A stretch of 63,995 nt of DNA, counting the filler, from Octopus bimaculoides (lineage: Eukaryota), in the NCBI RefSeq assembly GCF_001194135.2. It is 10 parts of 8 records of this genome, joined end to end, with 100 filler letters (N's around TTAATTAATTAA, not from the genome) between each part and the next. Parts side by side here need not be neighbours in the genome. Positions count along the whole stretch, not along the records: positions 37,165 to 40,266 come from NC_068982.1; positions 40,367 to 46,270 come from NC_068983.1; positions 46,371 to 48,807 come from NC_068985.1; positions 48,908 to 52,516 come from NC_068987.1; 6 more parts are not named here. One strand, written 5' to 3'. The translations under genes were made by a program, and so were the position numbers. The notes beneath the pieces are model-generated. The model was not told the origin of the DNA, made no database searches, and saw only the letters and a list, made by a program, of their open reading frames with translations. Positions 37,895-52,092 of this stretch are shown here, one piece after another (position 1 is the first letter of the stretch; each line of letters starts with the position of its first letter).

Positions 37895-38196
37895 GAGGCG
37901 CAATGGCCCAGTGGTTAGGGCAGCGGACTCGCGGTTTCGATTCCCAGACCGGGCTTTGTGAGTGTTTATTGAGCGAAAACACCTAAAAGCTCCACGAGGC
38001 TTCGGCAGGGGATGGTGGCGAACCCTGCTGTACTCTTTCACCACAACTTTCTCTCACTCTTACTTCCTGTTTCTGTTGTGCCTGTAATTCAAAGGGTCAG
38101 CCTTGTCACACTGTGTCACGCTGAATATCCCCAAGAACTACGTTAAGGGCACACGTGTGTGTGGAGTGCTCAGCCACTTGCACGTTAATTTCATGA
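37895..38196 (+). mobile_element. tRNA-derived SINE family A, cut by a gap
   Basis: A box TGGCCCAGTGG, B box GTTTCGATTCC; body shared with 40415-40744 and 43244-43586. Confidence 0.9.
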
Positions 38197-40178
38197 NNNN
38201 NNNNNNNNNNNNNNNNNNNNNNNNNNNNNNNNNNNNNNNNNNNNNNNNNNNNNNNNNNNNNNNNNNNNNNNNNNNNNNNNNNNNNNNNNNNNNNNNNNNN
38301 NNNNNNNNNNNNNNNNNNNNNNNNNNNNNNNNNNNNNNNNNNNNNNNNNNNNNNNNNNNNNNNNNNNNNNNNNNNNNNNNNNNNNNNNNNNNNNNNNNNN
38401 NNNNNNNNNNNNNNNNNNNNNNNNNNNNNNNNNNNNNNNNNNNNNNNNNNNNNNNNNNNNNNNNNNNNNNNNNNNNNNNNNNNNNNNNNNNNNNNNNNNN
38501 NNNNNNNNNNNNNNNNNNNNNNNNNNNNNNNNNNNNNNNNNNNNNNNNNNNNNNNNNNNNNNNNNNNNNNNNNNNNNNNNNNNNNNNNNNNNNNNNNNNN
38601 NNNNNNNNNNNNNNNNNNNNNNNNNNNNNNNNNNNNNNNNNNNNNNNNNNNNNNNNNNNNNNNNNNNNNNNNNNNNNNNNNNNNNNNNNNNNNNNNNNNN
38701 NNNNNNNNNNNNNNNNNNNNNNNNNNNNNNNNNNNNNNNNNNNNNNNNNNNNNNNNNNNATATATATATATATATATATATAATAGGATGTTCACTATTA
38801 GTGCGTGTACGTGCAGGTATGTATGTGTGTGTGTGAGAGAGAGAGGATAGATAGTCATGAAAAGCCCAATCTAGGGGAAACTCTTAGTAAGCTGTCAACT
38901 TTTGATATATCAAATATCTCTCTCCACTCTACTCGAAGTATTACGTTTTCCATTTATAAAATATGTGGTTAAAAAAGTTCACTTTGCAACCACACGGGTT
39001 CAGGTGCAATCCCACCGTGCTGTACTTCAGGCAAATGTCTTCTACTATGGCGTCGAACCGAAGAATTCTTTGTGAGTGAATCTGAAAGGTGGAAACTGCG
39101 TGGAAGCCTGTCCATGTCTTTGTGTTTGTGTTTCTTCCGCTCCTACTCGGTTTGGCAACTGTGTTGGTTTCTTTATGCTTCTGTAACTTAGCGGTTTGCC
39201 AAAAAGAGAGCGATAGAATAAGTATCAAACTTAAAAATAAATATTGGGAGCGGTTTTTTCGACGAAACCCTTGAAGGTGACGCCCCAGCTTGGCCGCAGC
39301 CTAATGATTAAAACAAGTAAAAGATAAAAGAATACAAAAAGATTTACGACTCATATTACTACACACAAGCACACACACACATACACACACACATACACAC
39401 ACACGCTCACACATAGGCATACACATACACAGGCACACACATACACACACACATACATACACACAATAAAGTTTAATTGTACCGAGTTTAATTGTTCAAA
39501 CACCAAATGTTCGTTGAATTAGCGATAAGTGGTTCAATATATCGTAGACATGTATTCTCGCGTAATTCATAGACAGATTCAGCGTGACATAGTATATAAC
39601 AAGGCTAGATGTTAGATGTACAATTCACCTGATAGACTTTCGAACAGTCTCTTTCCATCCAGTGACATTCTTCTTGATATTTGGGTCGACCCCGGGCTAT
39701 AGCACTTGTTCAAAATACCACGTAATGGGATGGAACTCGAAACTTCGTAACTATGCTTTGCCCATGTATATATAATAAAGAACATCTCGTTGTGCTACAA
39801 GTATTTCATTAAGGGTCTTTATTGTTATGTAAACATGGTACTTGTAAACAAGTCACCTTTTGATGATCTATTGATTAATAAACAAGTCAGTGCTCGCTTG
39901 TTTATTTGGTAGCCTGATGTGTTGAGCCTTACATAATGTATTGCATAATTGTATTAATGTTGTGCATATTGCACACTTGACAGTATCATGTTTACGTCAC
40001 AGTAAAGACATTTAATGAAACGATTGTAGCAATAGTAAACAAGTCATTCGCCTGTTTTCATTATTATATTTTTATTCTATGCTTAAGAGAAAATCAAGAG
40101 AAAATTAACAAATTTCCATAAAAGAATCAAATTCTTCACACTATTCTGCTATCTTAATAATTATAAAGTAAAAGCTAA

Positions 40179-40266
<88 letters not shown>

Positions 40267-40366
40267 NNNNNNNNNNNNNNNNNNNNNNNNNNNNNNNNNN
40301 NNNNNNNNNNTTAATTAATTAANNNNNNNNNNNNNNNNNNNNNNNNNNNNNNNNNNNNNNNNNNNN
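40267..40366. other. Artificial scaffold spacer
   Basis: 44 N + TTAATTAATTAA (40311-40322) + 44 N. Confidence 0.97.
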
Positions 40367-40414
40367 TACATACATACATACATACATACATACATAGGCA
40401 TACATATATACTAC

Positions 40415-40744
40415 GGCACTCCGTCGGTTACGACAAAGAGGGTTCCAGTTGATCCTATCAACAGAACATCCTGCTCGTGAAATTAACGTGCAAGTGGCTG
40501 AGCACTCCTCAGACACGTGCACCTTTAACGTAGTTCTCGGGGACATTCAGCATGACAAAGAGTGTAACAAGGCTGGTCCTTTGAAATACAGGTACAACAG
40601 AGAGAGGAAGAAAGATTGAGAGAAAGTTGTGGCGAAAGAATACAGCAGGATTCACCACCACCCTCTGCCGGAGCCTCGTGGAAGCGGGGCCGCAATCGTA
40701 CGACCGCGAGTCAGTTGTCCTAACCACTGGCCCACTACGCCTCC
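40415..40744 (-). mobile_element. tRNA-derived SINE family A, near full length
   Basis: Reverse complement matches the 37895 copy; 3' end ..gtcgtaaccgacggagtgcc followed by (TATG)n. Confidence 0.9.
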
Positions 40745-42460
40745 ATTATGCATACATATATGTATGTATGTATGTATGTATGCATTTATATATGTTCTTC
40801 CTTTCAAGTGCATGTCTACGTGTATATGTCAAAATAACAACATGCTTACATAACAGTTGCAGGCATGCAATTATTCGATACGTAATGTCGAAGAAACAAA
40901 AAAGGCCTCCACAAAGTGCCTACTTTACATACGGGCCTCATGCGAGTCTTTGACCTCGGAGAAACAATATATTTGCATATATACANNNNNNNNNNNNNNN
41001 NNNNNNNNNNNNNNNNNNNNNNNNNNNNNNNNNNNNNNNNNNNNNNNNNNNNNNNNNNNNNNNNNNNNNNNNNNNNNNNNNNNNNNNNNNNNNNNNNNNN
41101 NNNNNNNNNNNNNNNNNNNNNNNNNNNNNNNNNNNNNNNNNNNNNNNNNNNNNNNNNNNNNNNNNNNNNNNNNNNNNNNNNNNNNNNNNNNNNNNNNNNN
41201 NNNNNNNNNNNNNNNNNNNNNNNNNNNNNNNNNNNNNNNNNNNNNNNNNNNNNNNNNNNNNNNNNNNNNNNNNNNNNNNNNNNNNNNNNNNNNNNNNNNN
41301 NNNNNNNNNNNNNNNNNNNNNNNNNNNNNNNNNNNNNNNNNNNNNNNNNNNNNNNNNNNNNNNNNNNNNNNNNNNNNNNNNNNNNNNNNNNNNNNNNNNN
41401 NNNNNNNNNNNNNNNNNNNNNNNNNNNNNNNNNNNNNNNNNNNNNNNNNNNNNNNNNNNNNNNNNNNNNNNNNNNNNNNNNNNNNNNNNNNNNNNNNNNN
41501 NNNNNNNNNNNNNNNNNNNNNNNNNNNNNNNNNNNNNNNNNNNNNNNNNNNNNNNNNNNNNNNNNNNNNNNNNNNNNNNNNNNNNNNNNNNNNNNNNNNN
41601 NNNNNNNNNNNNNNNNNNNNNNNNNNNNNNNNNNNNNNNNNNNNNNNNNNNNNNNNNTGTGTATGTTTGTATATGTATGTTTGTTATGTTTTACATTTAT
41701 GTGTATGTGTGTATATGGATGAAAAATTTATGTGTGCTTATATAAGTGTACATATACATACATACATGCATACATATATACATACATGTACTACATACAT
41801 ACACAAATACGTATATTTCTGTGTTTGAATATAATATGAAACAGCGTGTATTTTTGTACATGCACACACAAGAAGACTGGCCCACCTAACACACACGCAC
41901 ACATATGCACGCACACACGTACACACACACACACATATCTATATATATGTATTCATATATGCACCTATATACTCACGTATTTATTTAAATATTGATATTG
42001 TGCATTTTCAAATATATACAGTCAGAACAATATATAAATAAATATATACATATTTGTACTTACACACATATACACATTAAACCAACCAGACATGTACGCA
42101 TGGGGTTATGCATACACATAAAACGCATACACACACAAATATAAACGTATTTATCAATATATGTATGTATGTATGTATTATGTACGTATATACAGATATG
42201 TATGTATGTAATGGGCTGGTTCGATATTTGGGGATTAATTCGTTTTAACCCGTATTTTTCCTTCGTGTAGTAATCTTTATATTTCGTCTGAAGGAAAAAT
42301 GCACTTAGCGTTTTCTACATTTTAACACTGCTTCCGCCATTTCCTATATATTTTTTTTCAGTTAAATTTCCCACATACATACATACATACATACAAACAT
42401 ACATACATACATACATACAAAAATATATACGTACAAACAAGCATGTAGGTGTGTGTGTGT

Positions 42461-42530
<70 letters not shown>

Positions 42531-43109
42531 ATATATTTGTAATGTACATTTAAAGATTTTCTCTTTTATTTAAAATGATTTTTCGCTGAACAGAAATGCC
42601 ATTCTTGTAGAAGCTTATTGATCATTAGTTCTGGTTTCCACTATCTGCCTCGCCTTTCCTACAACTCTTTTACCATTTCTCCCTCGCTTTCTCCCTTTTT
42701 CCTTTTATGATATGTATATATAATTGTATATATCTACGCAATCATATATACCTATGTATGGATGCATACAAACTAAATGCAGATACACACGCACACACAC
42801 ATATTTGTGATTGTATTGAAATATATGCTTACATATACATATCACACGCACACACACACACGCATATATGTATACCTATGTATGCATACACATATATGTA
42901 TACACAGTCACACGCGTATATGGGTGTGCCTCTGATGTGCGTGTGAGATAGTGAATGAACATATTTTTATGTGAATTAATATGCTGCAGGGGGTGGGTGG
43001 GAATTGAAGTTTTACAGTAAAAAATTTTATCCGTACACATATACACATACAGACGCCACCACAATCATATACGCACACAGACGTACACACACACATACTT
43101 ACCACCCCC

Positions 43110-43180
<71 letters not shown>

Positions 43181-43199
43181 NNNNNNNNNNNNNNNNNNN

Positions 43200-43232
<33 letters not shown>

Positions 43233-43243
43233 CATTTATAAGT

Positions 43244-43586
43244 GGAGGCGCAATGGCCCAGTGGTTAGGGCTGCGGACTTGAGGTCGTAGGATCGCTGTT
43301 TCGATCCTGTTTGTCCTCGGGCCGACAAAAGCTCCACGAGGTTCCAGCAGGCGGTGGTGGTGAACCCTGCTGTACTGTGGTGGCGAACGCTGCTGTACTC
43401 TTTCACCACAACTTTCTCGCACCCTTTTTCTTGTTTATATTTTACCTGTATTTCAAAGGGCCAACCCTGTCACGCTGACTCTCCCCGAGAACTACGTTAA
43501 GGGTACACGTGCCTGTGGAATGGTCAGCCACTTACACATTAATTTCACGAGCAGGCTGTTCCGTTGATCTGACCGACGGAGTACCA
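43244..43586 (+). mobile_element. tRNA-derived SINE family A
   Basis: ggcgcaatggcccagtggttaggg...gaccgacggagtacca; small internal duplication of ggtggtg..gaac.ctgctgtactc. Confidence 0.9.
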
Positions 43587-44924
43587 CATGCATAAAGCAT
43601 TAGGGCTACTTTTTCATTTTATTTATCAAAGATTTCTACAACTAATTTTACAATGTAACATACATACATGAACACACAGATTCACGCACATACACACACA
43701 CATACCATATTTACTCTAATAACAGTTTGATTCGGTTCCATGAAAATTAAAGTTTCGTAGACTCCTCAAACGAACCAATCTCGTTAGGCACGGAGAAAGT
43801 GAATGTGAGATGTCCAAATGCTTTCTGGATAATGGACAGCTATTGATGAACGCAGTTCGCGTTGTGTTATCGATTTCCTGGAGACTTTACTTTCAGTTCT
43901 ATGTTCCAGTTGACTTCTTAGAACCACGTTCTAGGAAAAAACATTGAAGGCGACTCCCTGTCTGAGAAATTGGGTTTGTATACGTCCCCTAAACTTAACA
44001 TTCCAGCCAAAGACAAATAGAATGTGCACCAAATTTTAAAGAAATCTCTGAGTAGATTTCATAGACTAGACTCTACAAGGCGATGCTCCAGCATGACCAC
44101 AGTCCAGTGAGTGAAACAAATACATGAATAATGAATTAGAACTTTATTGTCCAAGCTGATTTCTTCATTTTAGGATAATGTGTAGGCATGGGTGTGTAGT
44201 AAGAAGCTTGATTCACAACCACATGGTTCCGGGCTCAGTCACGATATGTGGCAGCTTGAGCAAGTGTCTTCTACTATAGCCTCGGGCCGACCGAAGCACT
44301 GAGAGTGGATTTGGTAGACGGAAACTGAAAGAAGTCCGTCGTGTATATATATNNNNNNNNNNNNNNNNNNNNNNNNNNNNNNNNNNNNNNNNNNNNNNNN
44401 NNNNNNNNNNNNNNNNNNNNNNNNNNNNNNNNNNNNNNNNNNNNNNNNNNNNNNNNNNNNNNNNNNNNNNNNNNNNNNNNNNNNNNNNNNNNNNNNNNNN
44501 NNNNNNNNNNNNNNNNNNNNNNNNNNNNNNNNNNNNNNNNNNNNNNNNNNNNNNNNNNATATATATATACACACACATATATACATATATATATATATAT
44601 ATATACATACATATATATATATGTATGTATGGATGTGTGTCTATGTTAGTCCCCTCCGCCATTGTTTGACAACCAATGCCAGTGTATATATGTCCCCTTC
44701 AATTGAGAAGGCATTGATTGAAAAGCGCTATAGAAGACTCGTCTCCGAGGTGTCATGCAGTGGGACGGAACCCGGAACCATGTGGTTGAGAACAAACGTC
44801 TTACCACACAGCTACGCCCATATGTATGTATGCATGTATGTATGTATGTATTCATATATATGTATATTTGTGTGTATATATATATATATATATATANNNN
44901 NNNNNNTTCATATATATGTATATT

Positions 44925-44976
<52 letters not shown>

Positions 44977-45475
44977 CACATATATATGTGTGTGTATGTA
45001 TGTATGCGATTAAATACATACATTATTGATGAGGCAGTGAAAATTTTCGAGTGAACTCGATAGGTAACTATTTGTATTTCGGTTCTCCAACATGTTGTTC
45101 ATCATCTGAAACTCCCTGCCGTTCATTTGGCATCAGTTCATCTGCACAGCAGCCTCTTCGTTTCTTCGTCACTATAGTCTTGGGTTTCCCCACTGAAGGA
45201 TTTCTCATGCAGGTTTCGTTAATTGATGTTTTGTATCATATTCCAACCAGCTGTGATGTAATTTGCATACCGTTGAGAACACCTCCTTACTTCATTTTCT
45301 GAGGTGTGGTGCTGATTTAATTAATCAATGTAATTTATCAACTCATCGTTTGACATACTGTTAATATACATATACAGATCAATGGATCAGCTTGACCAAT
45401 CAAATTAATTTTATCCTGATAATATATTTCATATTTTAGAATATCTGAGTGATCATTCGTCCTGTTATATTAATC

Positions 45476-46040
45476 ATTATTACATAGCCGTATAAGGCAG
45501 CGAGCTGGCAGAATTATTAGTACACCGGACAAAATGCTTAGTAGTGTTTCGTCGGTCTTTATATTCTGAGTTCAAATTCCGCCGAGGTCGACTTTACATT
45601 TCACCCTTTCGTGGCGAAAAATTAAGAACAAGTGAAATGCTGGGGTTAATGTAATCAACTCGTCCCCTCTCACCAAATTTCAAGCCATGTGCCTATGGTA
45701 GAATGGATTATTGCATAGCCATATAAGGCAGCAAACTGGCAGATTCGTTAGCACGTCGGGGAAAGTGCTTTACAGTATTTTGTCCCTCTTTACGTTCCGA
45801 GTTCAAATTCTGCCGAGGTCGACTTTACCGTTTTCCTTTCAAGGTCGATAAAATAAGTACCAATTAAGTACTGGGGTCGATGTATTCTACTTATCCAACT
45901 CCTCAGAAACTTCTGACCTTGTACCAAAATTTGAAATTATTATTACATCGACGTATAGGTAGTGAGGTGACAGAATCTTTAGAACGCCCGAAAAATTGCT
46001 TCGCGACATTTCTTAGTCGACTTTCCCTTTCGTCCTTTCG
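45476..46040 (+). mobile_element. Tandem trimer of SINE family C plus a short shared leader, about 232-bp period
   Basis: ttatt(a/g)cat.g.c(g/a)tata(a)gg recurs near 45476, 45708 and 45938, each followed by the SINE body. Confidence 0.8.
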
Positions 46041-46214
46041 AGCTCGATAAAATAAGTTCTATCTGAACATTGCAGGGTTCCAAATGTCACCCTCCTCACC
46101 AAGTATGGTCGCTGGGGTTGCCAGTTTAGTCGATGACGATACGACAATGCAAAGTTTTGTACTGGATTACACGAGGTTACCAATAGTATTCGAGACCAAC
46201 ATGACGTCTGTTCA

Positions 46215-46270
<56 letters not shown>

Positions 46271-46370
46271 NNNNNNNNNNNNNNNNNNNNNNNNNNNNNN
46301 NNNNNNNNNNNNNNTTAATTAATTAANNNNNNNNNNNNNNNNNNNNNNNNNNNNNNNNNNNNNNNNNNNN
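46271..46370. other. Artificial scaffold spacer
   Basis: 44 N + TTAATTAATTAA (46315-46326) + 44 N. Confidence 0.97.
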
Positions 46371-46789
46371 CACAAGTCTATAGACAAGTATTTCTCAACG
46401 TTTAAACCGAAATTATCTGAAAATAATCGAAGTCTTACTTTTTTTCCATTTATGAACAAACGATAAAGAATTTATTGTCTGCTAAATGAGTCAATTCACT
46501 TTTCTCTTCACGAAGACGACGTTTCAAGTCAACATTGAAGGTGAAGTACCTTATTAATTTCGTTTTTATTATTTACAAAATTATAATCACTCATTCATCT
46601 GTCGCAAAGTTAGAAAGACAGATTTCTAAAGGGGAATTTGTTATCACTTAATATCGTATCCCTTTTGGTGTTGTAATTTTCCGTCACGTTCTGTTCACAA
46701 AACCATCTAAAGTTTAAACTGAAGGTGAATTCCCGTACTGAATTTATTGAAAAATATTCAACAATTATATTAATTTATTAATTCACCCC

Positions 46790-48807
46790 TTTAATAAAGC
46801 CATCGGTGATTGTAACTGTATGTTCAGAGCTGTGTCACTCTTGCTCAAAAACGACAGAAATTACTGAACTTTTCGGGAAAAATTCGAACGATGCATATGC
46901 AATAACTGGAAATATTTTCATTCTTTTATTCTTAATAGTGCAATGCAGGAAAACCAAACATACATGAATAGGGATGGAACATACGACGGTAATGTTGATT
47001 TAGCTGCCATTAGTGAATTGTGCAATGTTGCAATTCAGGTTCGTCACAAAAATGATGATGAAATTATTCTTCCTCTGTTCACCGTTTCGGTCGAACATTT
47101 ACAGAAAGGAAGATTTCATGTTATATAGTGGCGAAATTGACAACGGCCACTACAATCCTCTCTTTTCCATAAACAATTATGAGCATGAAAGTAATGTAGG
47201 AGGAAATGAAATATCACAAGACGGTAAACAAAACAAAAGAATGAGATATGAAAACTGTTAAAGAAAGTAAAAACCATCGGAAAGTTGGGTTTCAAAAAAT
47301 GACAAGACAATAAGAAGGTGATAAAGATAGGGAAATAAGATTGCAGAGAAAGAAGGAAAATTATAGAAATAATAGGACGAGACAATAAAAATGTCAAAGA
47401 AATACGACTGCAAAAAAGAAGAGAAGGTAAAATAAATAGAAAATAAGAGAGTGGAAGCGACCGAAAAATACGACTGAAAGGAGAGAGCTTTCCAGAGAAA
47501 ATCAGCAGATAAAGTATAAACGATTTCAATGGCGAGGTGTAGCATTTAATTATGATCCTAATTGTAATTATGCATCTGAAAAAAAATGCCTCCCTGGACT
47601 CTATGTGAAAAACATGCGAAATGTTTGGTGCTAGGAAGTGGTACAAGGAATCATTAGGTATGTATCGTTCTAAAGGTAAAGTTCATTTTTCAATAATTGA
47701 GCCTCCAGAAGATAATATAAAACATCTTCTTTTGAGTACCACTTCAGAATCAAAAAACACTTTCTTAAAGATATTTGCGCATACAATTTGTGCTTTTCAA
47801 ATGACATCATTTGGGGCAAAAATCATTAGGGAAAGTGGGTTTATGTCGACTTTTAAAGTACAAGGACAAATTTATCACGGAATTGGCTCTCTTAAGCCTT
47901 TACAGAATAAAGATCCTCAATTTTTACAAATATATTTTATATGTGACGTTCAAAAAGAAGCACAGTGTCGCAACAAGAATTGTCCAGGTGCAAGATTAGA
48001 ATTTATTTTTAAGCTGCAAGAAATGCTTCACAAAAGGAATTCTTATCTGAGAAGCTTTCGGTATGCTTTAGAATGTACTTCAACTGCAGACTTTTAAGTT
48101 GTCATCGATGACGAGAAAAGACCAGCCGGAAAACAATGTTCCTGAGTAATGAAGTGGCTAGTGTTATGGTTGGAGAACAACATGTTAAACGAGACATTGT
48201 TTTGAAATATCGTGATAATAGCATTACGTTCAGAACCAAAACTAATCCTTCATATGATGCTTTACAATTATCCCTTGCTTTTTGCTAACGGAAAATATGG
48301 ATATCACTTTGTTATACCACAAGCTGGAGGAATCACTTCCAAAAGAACTGTAACGTATATGGATTATTATTTTCACCGATTGATGATTCGAAGTAATTCG
48401 TTTAATCAACTTCACTATTGTCAAGATCTTTTTCACCAGTATTTTGATATTTATGCCAAAATAGAGCAGGAGAGGTTGTGCTACATAAAAATGCACCGAA
48501 ATAAATACGTTCAGACTCGTATTTGCATTTACAAGATGGCATTAACAATGATATTGCTGGGACAGGGCTTGGGCAACTTTGTATTATCCCATCCAGTTTT
48601 ACAGGAAGCCCAAGATATATGCACGAGAGGACACAGGATGCCATGACTTGCGTGCGTAATTATGGACGTCCTGATTTTTGCATCACTTTTATTTGCAATC
48701 CCAAATGGAACGAAATCCAGGCTGAACTTTTTCCAGGACAGTTATACATCAATAGACACTGCCTAATTGCAAGAGGTTTTCATCTCAAGGTTTCGAAATT
48801 GATGGAC
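46790..48807 (+). mobile_element. Degenerate Helitron ORF: OTU-like protease, charged coil, then N-terminal/Rep region; cut at the scaffold end
   Basis: KAIGDCNCMFRAVS...DLAAISELCNVAIQV...NGHYNPLF (OTU Cys and His boxes); AFQMTSFGA...FKVQGQIYHGIGSL...FLQIYF; YPLLF; IPSSFTGSPRYMHERTQDAMTCVRNYGRPDFCITFICNPKWNEI; many stops and frameshifts. Confidence 0.92.
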
Positions 48808-48907
48808 NNNNNNNNNNNNNNNNNNNNNNNNNNNNNNNNNNNNNNNNNNNNTTAATTAATTAANNNNNNNNNNNNNNNNNNNNNNNNNNNNNNNNNNNNN
48901 NNNNNNN
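48808..48907. other. Artificial scaffold spacer
   Basis: 44 N + TTAATTAATTAA (48852-48863) + 44 N. Confidence 0.97.
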
Positions 48908-48915
48908 TATATATA

Positions 48916-48951
<36 letters not shown>

Positions 48952-49386
48952 TGTATGTATGTGTGTAGGTATGTATGTATGTATGTACGTATTTATATAT
49001 ATATGTACATTTGAATGATTGATACTGATGACGGTGTGTAACTAGAGGCTTTATTTAGCACCACAATCGTTTTGGCTTCCTTCTCCACTGCTCCCTAGTG
49101 GAAGTGGGACGATGTAATGACATCAGATGCAACGCACAGGGCATATATAAAACTGGAGATTCTGTTAGAAACACTAGTGATAATACTATTAAGGAGAAAT
49201 GCAGGCTGATTGGATATGACATCGATATAATGTAGTGATTTATTCGGTATATGGTAAGACCAATATACAATCGCATGTAGAAATAATTTTATTTGACAAT
49301 ATATAGAAGTATCTCTGTTTGTACATGCATATTTATATATATATTAAGCCTAATTGTGTTTATCTACATCATATCTATGCGCTCTC

Positions 49387-49429
<43 letters not shown>

Positions 49430-49509
49430 NNNNNNNNNNATAGCACAGTTCTCCACCCTTTGGTGCGACAACATAAGCACGACCAAATGTTTCTTCTTTG
49501 AAACGTTCA

Positions 49510-49855
49510 AATACCCTTCAATTGTTTTCCTGGCTTTCTTCTTCTTTGCTATTCTTTGTTGCCACACTTCCAAGTGAAATACATGCTTACTGCAACATAG
49601 AGTAATGTTTTTGCAAAGTCATCATTAATGCACAATGGAAAGAATTCTGTCAGTGTTGTTCTCATATGTTGTTCATTGATAGCCATATATATCCACATTA
49701 TTTCTGAACGATATTATTTGTTCAGCTGGTAGATGAACGTGCAACCGCACTATTGCAGGTACTCGGTCATGAATTGAAAATCCTAAAATGGATGCCACTG
49801 CTTCGGATGGTCCAGTATATCCACCCATTGGATATGGACCAATTTCATTATCATT
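49510..49855 (-). mobile_element. Helitron Rep-helicase linker fragment (missed by the ORF track)
   Basis: NEIGPYPMGGYTGPSEAVASILGFSIHDRVPAIVRLHVHLPAEQ, frameshift, RTTLTEFFPLCINDDFAKTLLYVAVSMYFTW...VWQQR. Confidence 0.85.
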
Positions 49856-50559
49856 GTTTATTTAGCGAAGAAACAAAAACATATTCGGGCAAGACAAGTG
49901 AAAATTACATAAAAAATACAATTATCTGTAAACTAGTTTCGAAATTAATACTTTCTTGCCGAAAATATCTGTTTCTTCACTAAATTTCCTTTGAGAACAA
50001 TTCGGTCTTAGTAGACACATTACATGTGATCTTCTTCTAGCACATTAGCAGTCTATCTAGTGGTCTCCTTTATATATATTTATATATACATGTCCAAATA
50101 TATATGTATAGGAATATATATACCATGCAGGGTGCGGCAAAAGTAGCTTAATCTTTCTTCTGAATGACACTGGCAAGATGGCAAAATGTTCTCTCGTATT
50201 CTTCGTCGTCTTCTAATTCATGACGGAATGAAAGCTACCGTGGCAACCCATAGTGAAGCCTCGGGTGGGCGTAAATTAACGAGGCATCCTTGCGATTTTT
50301 ATCATTTATATGATATTTATAACCGTATTTTCCAGGAGACAGTCCATCGAAGAAGACGTAATTCGTATCAGGTACCGCTATTATAAAAGCATCTTTAAAC
50401 CCGCTGAATGAAAGCCACATCAAAACCCCTCCCGGCCACTGTGTACAAGACTCAGTAAACTGACGATTAAGCTGAACCCTCTGATACCCACACCTCACTT
50501 CAACTCATAACGAATTGAATGAGCAGTGCCAATTCTTGTCTCGGTCTTTTCACGAATCG

Positions 50560-50810
50560 TCGAAAAACTGAAGTTCTCCAAAAACATATCCGTACTCAGC
50601 ATCCTTCAACCCGTCCTTAATGATGAAACTCCTCTGTTGCATAGGAACTTATTCGGCTATCTTGGAAGCACTGTCTCTAGCAATGAACTTCTCGACGTGG
50701 AGATATTCCGTCGGATCAAATTACCGTCTGATTATTACGGCAGACTCAGCCAACAAGTCTTTCGGAACAAGAACTTTAGGGAAAGTACAAAAACACCGTT
50801 TATCGAGCTA
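50560..50810 (+). mobile_element. RTE/BovB-like LINE RT fragment
   Basis: LQP...FGYLGSTVSSNELLDVEIFRRI....YGRLSQQVFRNKNFRESTK matches F.YLGS....D.EI..RI.....GRL. Confidence 0.75.
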
Positions 50811-51505
50811 TTAATGTACCCGACCTCCTGCACATATGAATGTATGTATGTGTGTGTATATGTATATAGAAAGTCATGAGTAAACTTCAGTACCCCAAAT
50901 ATATACAAATAGAAATTTTACAGTACACCTCGAGACACGTGCGATGAAGCAGAAAATTCTCATAGAGTAAGAGACAGTCCGGAAGTGAATGGTAATAAAT
51001 TCACATCTAATATAAGACAGAATTTTCAAAAAAAATTATCAGTGGTCAGCATATCAAAGAATACCTTTTTAGGTGAAAATTATAAACAACTTTATAAATA
51101 AGGGCAAAAGAAAAAGATTCCTATGCTAGATATGCTGAGAATAGACTTTAAATCGTCAATAACCATATGATTTATCACTGCAAAATTTCTATTTGGGTAT
51201 ATTCGGGGTACTTAAGTGTGCACGTGATTCTGTGTTTACTTTTTCAATGAGTGCAAGTAAGTATTTCATTCATTTCTTAACGTTGATGACGAGAAAATTC
51301 TTTACGAATAAACTCATAAATCGGACGGATTCGGTTATAACGGAATTTGTTAGAAATTTCTGTCAGCTTGCTTCGAGATGCATGCGCATAGTGATGAATT
51401 ATATATGGTTATTGACGATTTAAAGTCTATTCTCAGCATATTTGGCACAATAATTTTTTTCTTTCGCCCTTACTTTTAAAGTTACATATACATATATATA
51501 TGTAT

Positions 51506-51546
<41 letters not shown>

Positions 51547-52038
51547 CACATATATATATATATATACATATATATGTATGTATGTATGTATGTGTGTATG
51601 TATATAGACACATAAATGTCGAACGATGAAAATGAGTGCTCAACNNNNNNNNNNNNNNNNNNNNNNNNNNNNNNNNNNNNNNNNNNNNNNNNNNNNNNNN
51701 NNNNNNNNNNNNNNNNNNNNNNNNNNNNNNNNNNNNNNNNNNNNNNNNNNNNNNNNNNNNNNNNNNNNNNNNNNNNNNNNNNNNNNNNNNNNNNNNNNNN
51801 NNNNNNNNNNNNNNNNNNNNNNNNNNNNNNNNNNNNNNNNNNNNNNNNNNNNNNNNNNNNNNNNNNNNNNNNNNNNNNNNNNNNNNNNNNNNNNNNNNNN
51901 NNNNNNNNNNNNNNNNNNNNNNNNNNNNNNNNNNNNNNNNNNNNNNNNNNNNNNNNNNNNNNNNNNNNNNNNNNNNNNNNNNNNNNNNNNNNNNNNNNNN
52001 NNNNNNNNNNNNNNNNNNNNNNNNNNNNNNNNNNNNNN

Positions 52039-52092
<54 letters not shown>

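Noticed and set aside
43897-43947. Possible short terminal exon FYVPVDFLEPRSRKKH* after tactttcAG
   Set aside because: Only 16 codons with no recognisable homology; expected by chance.
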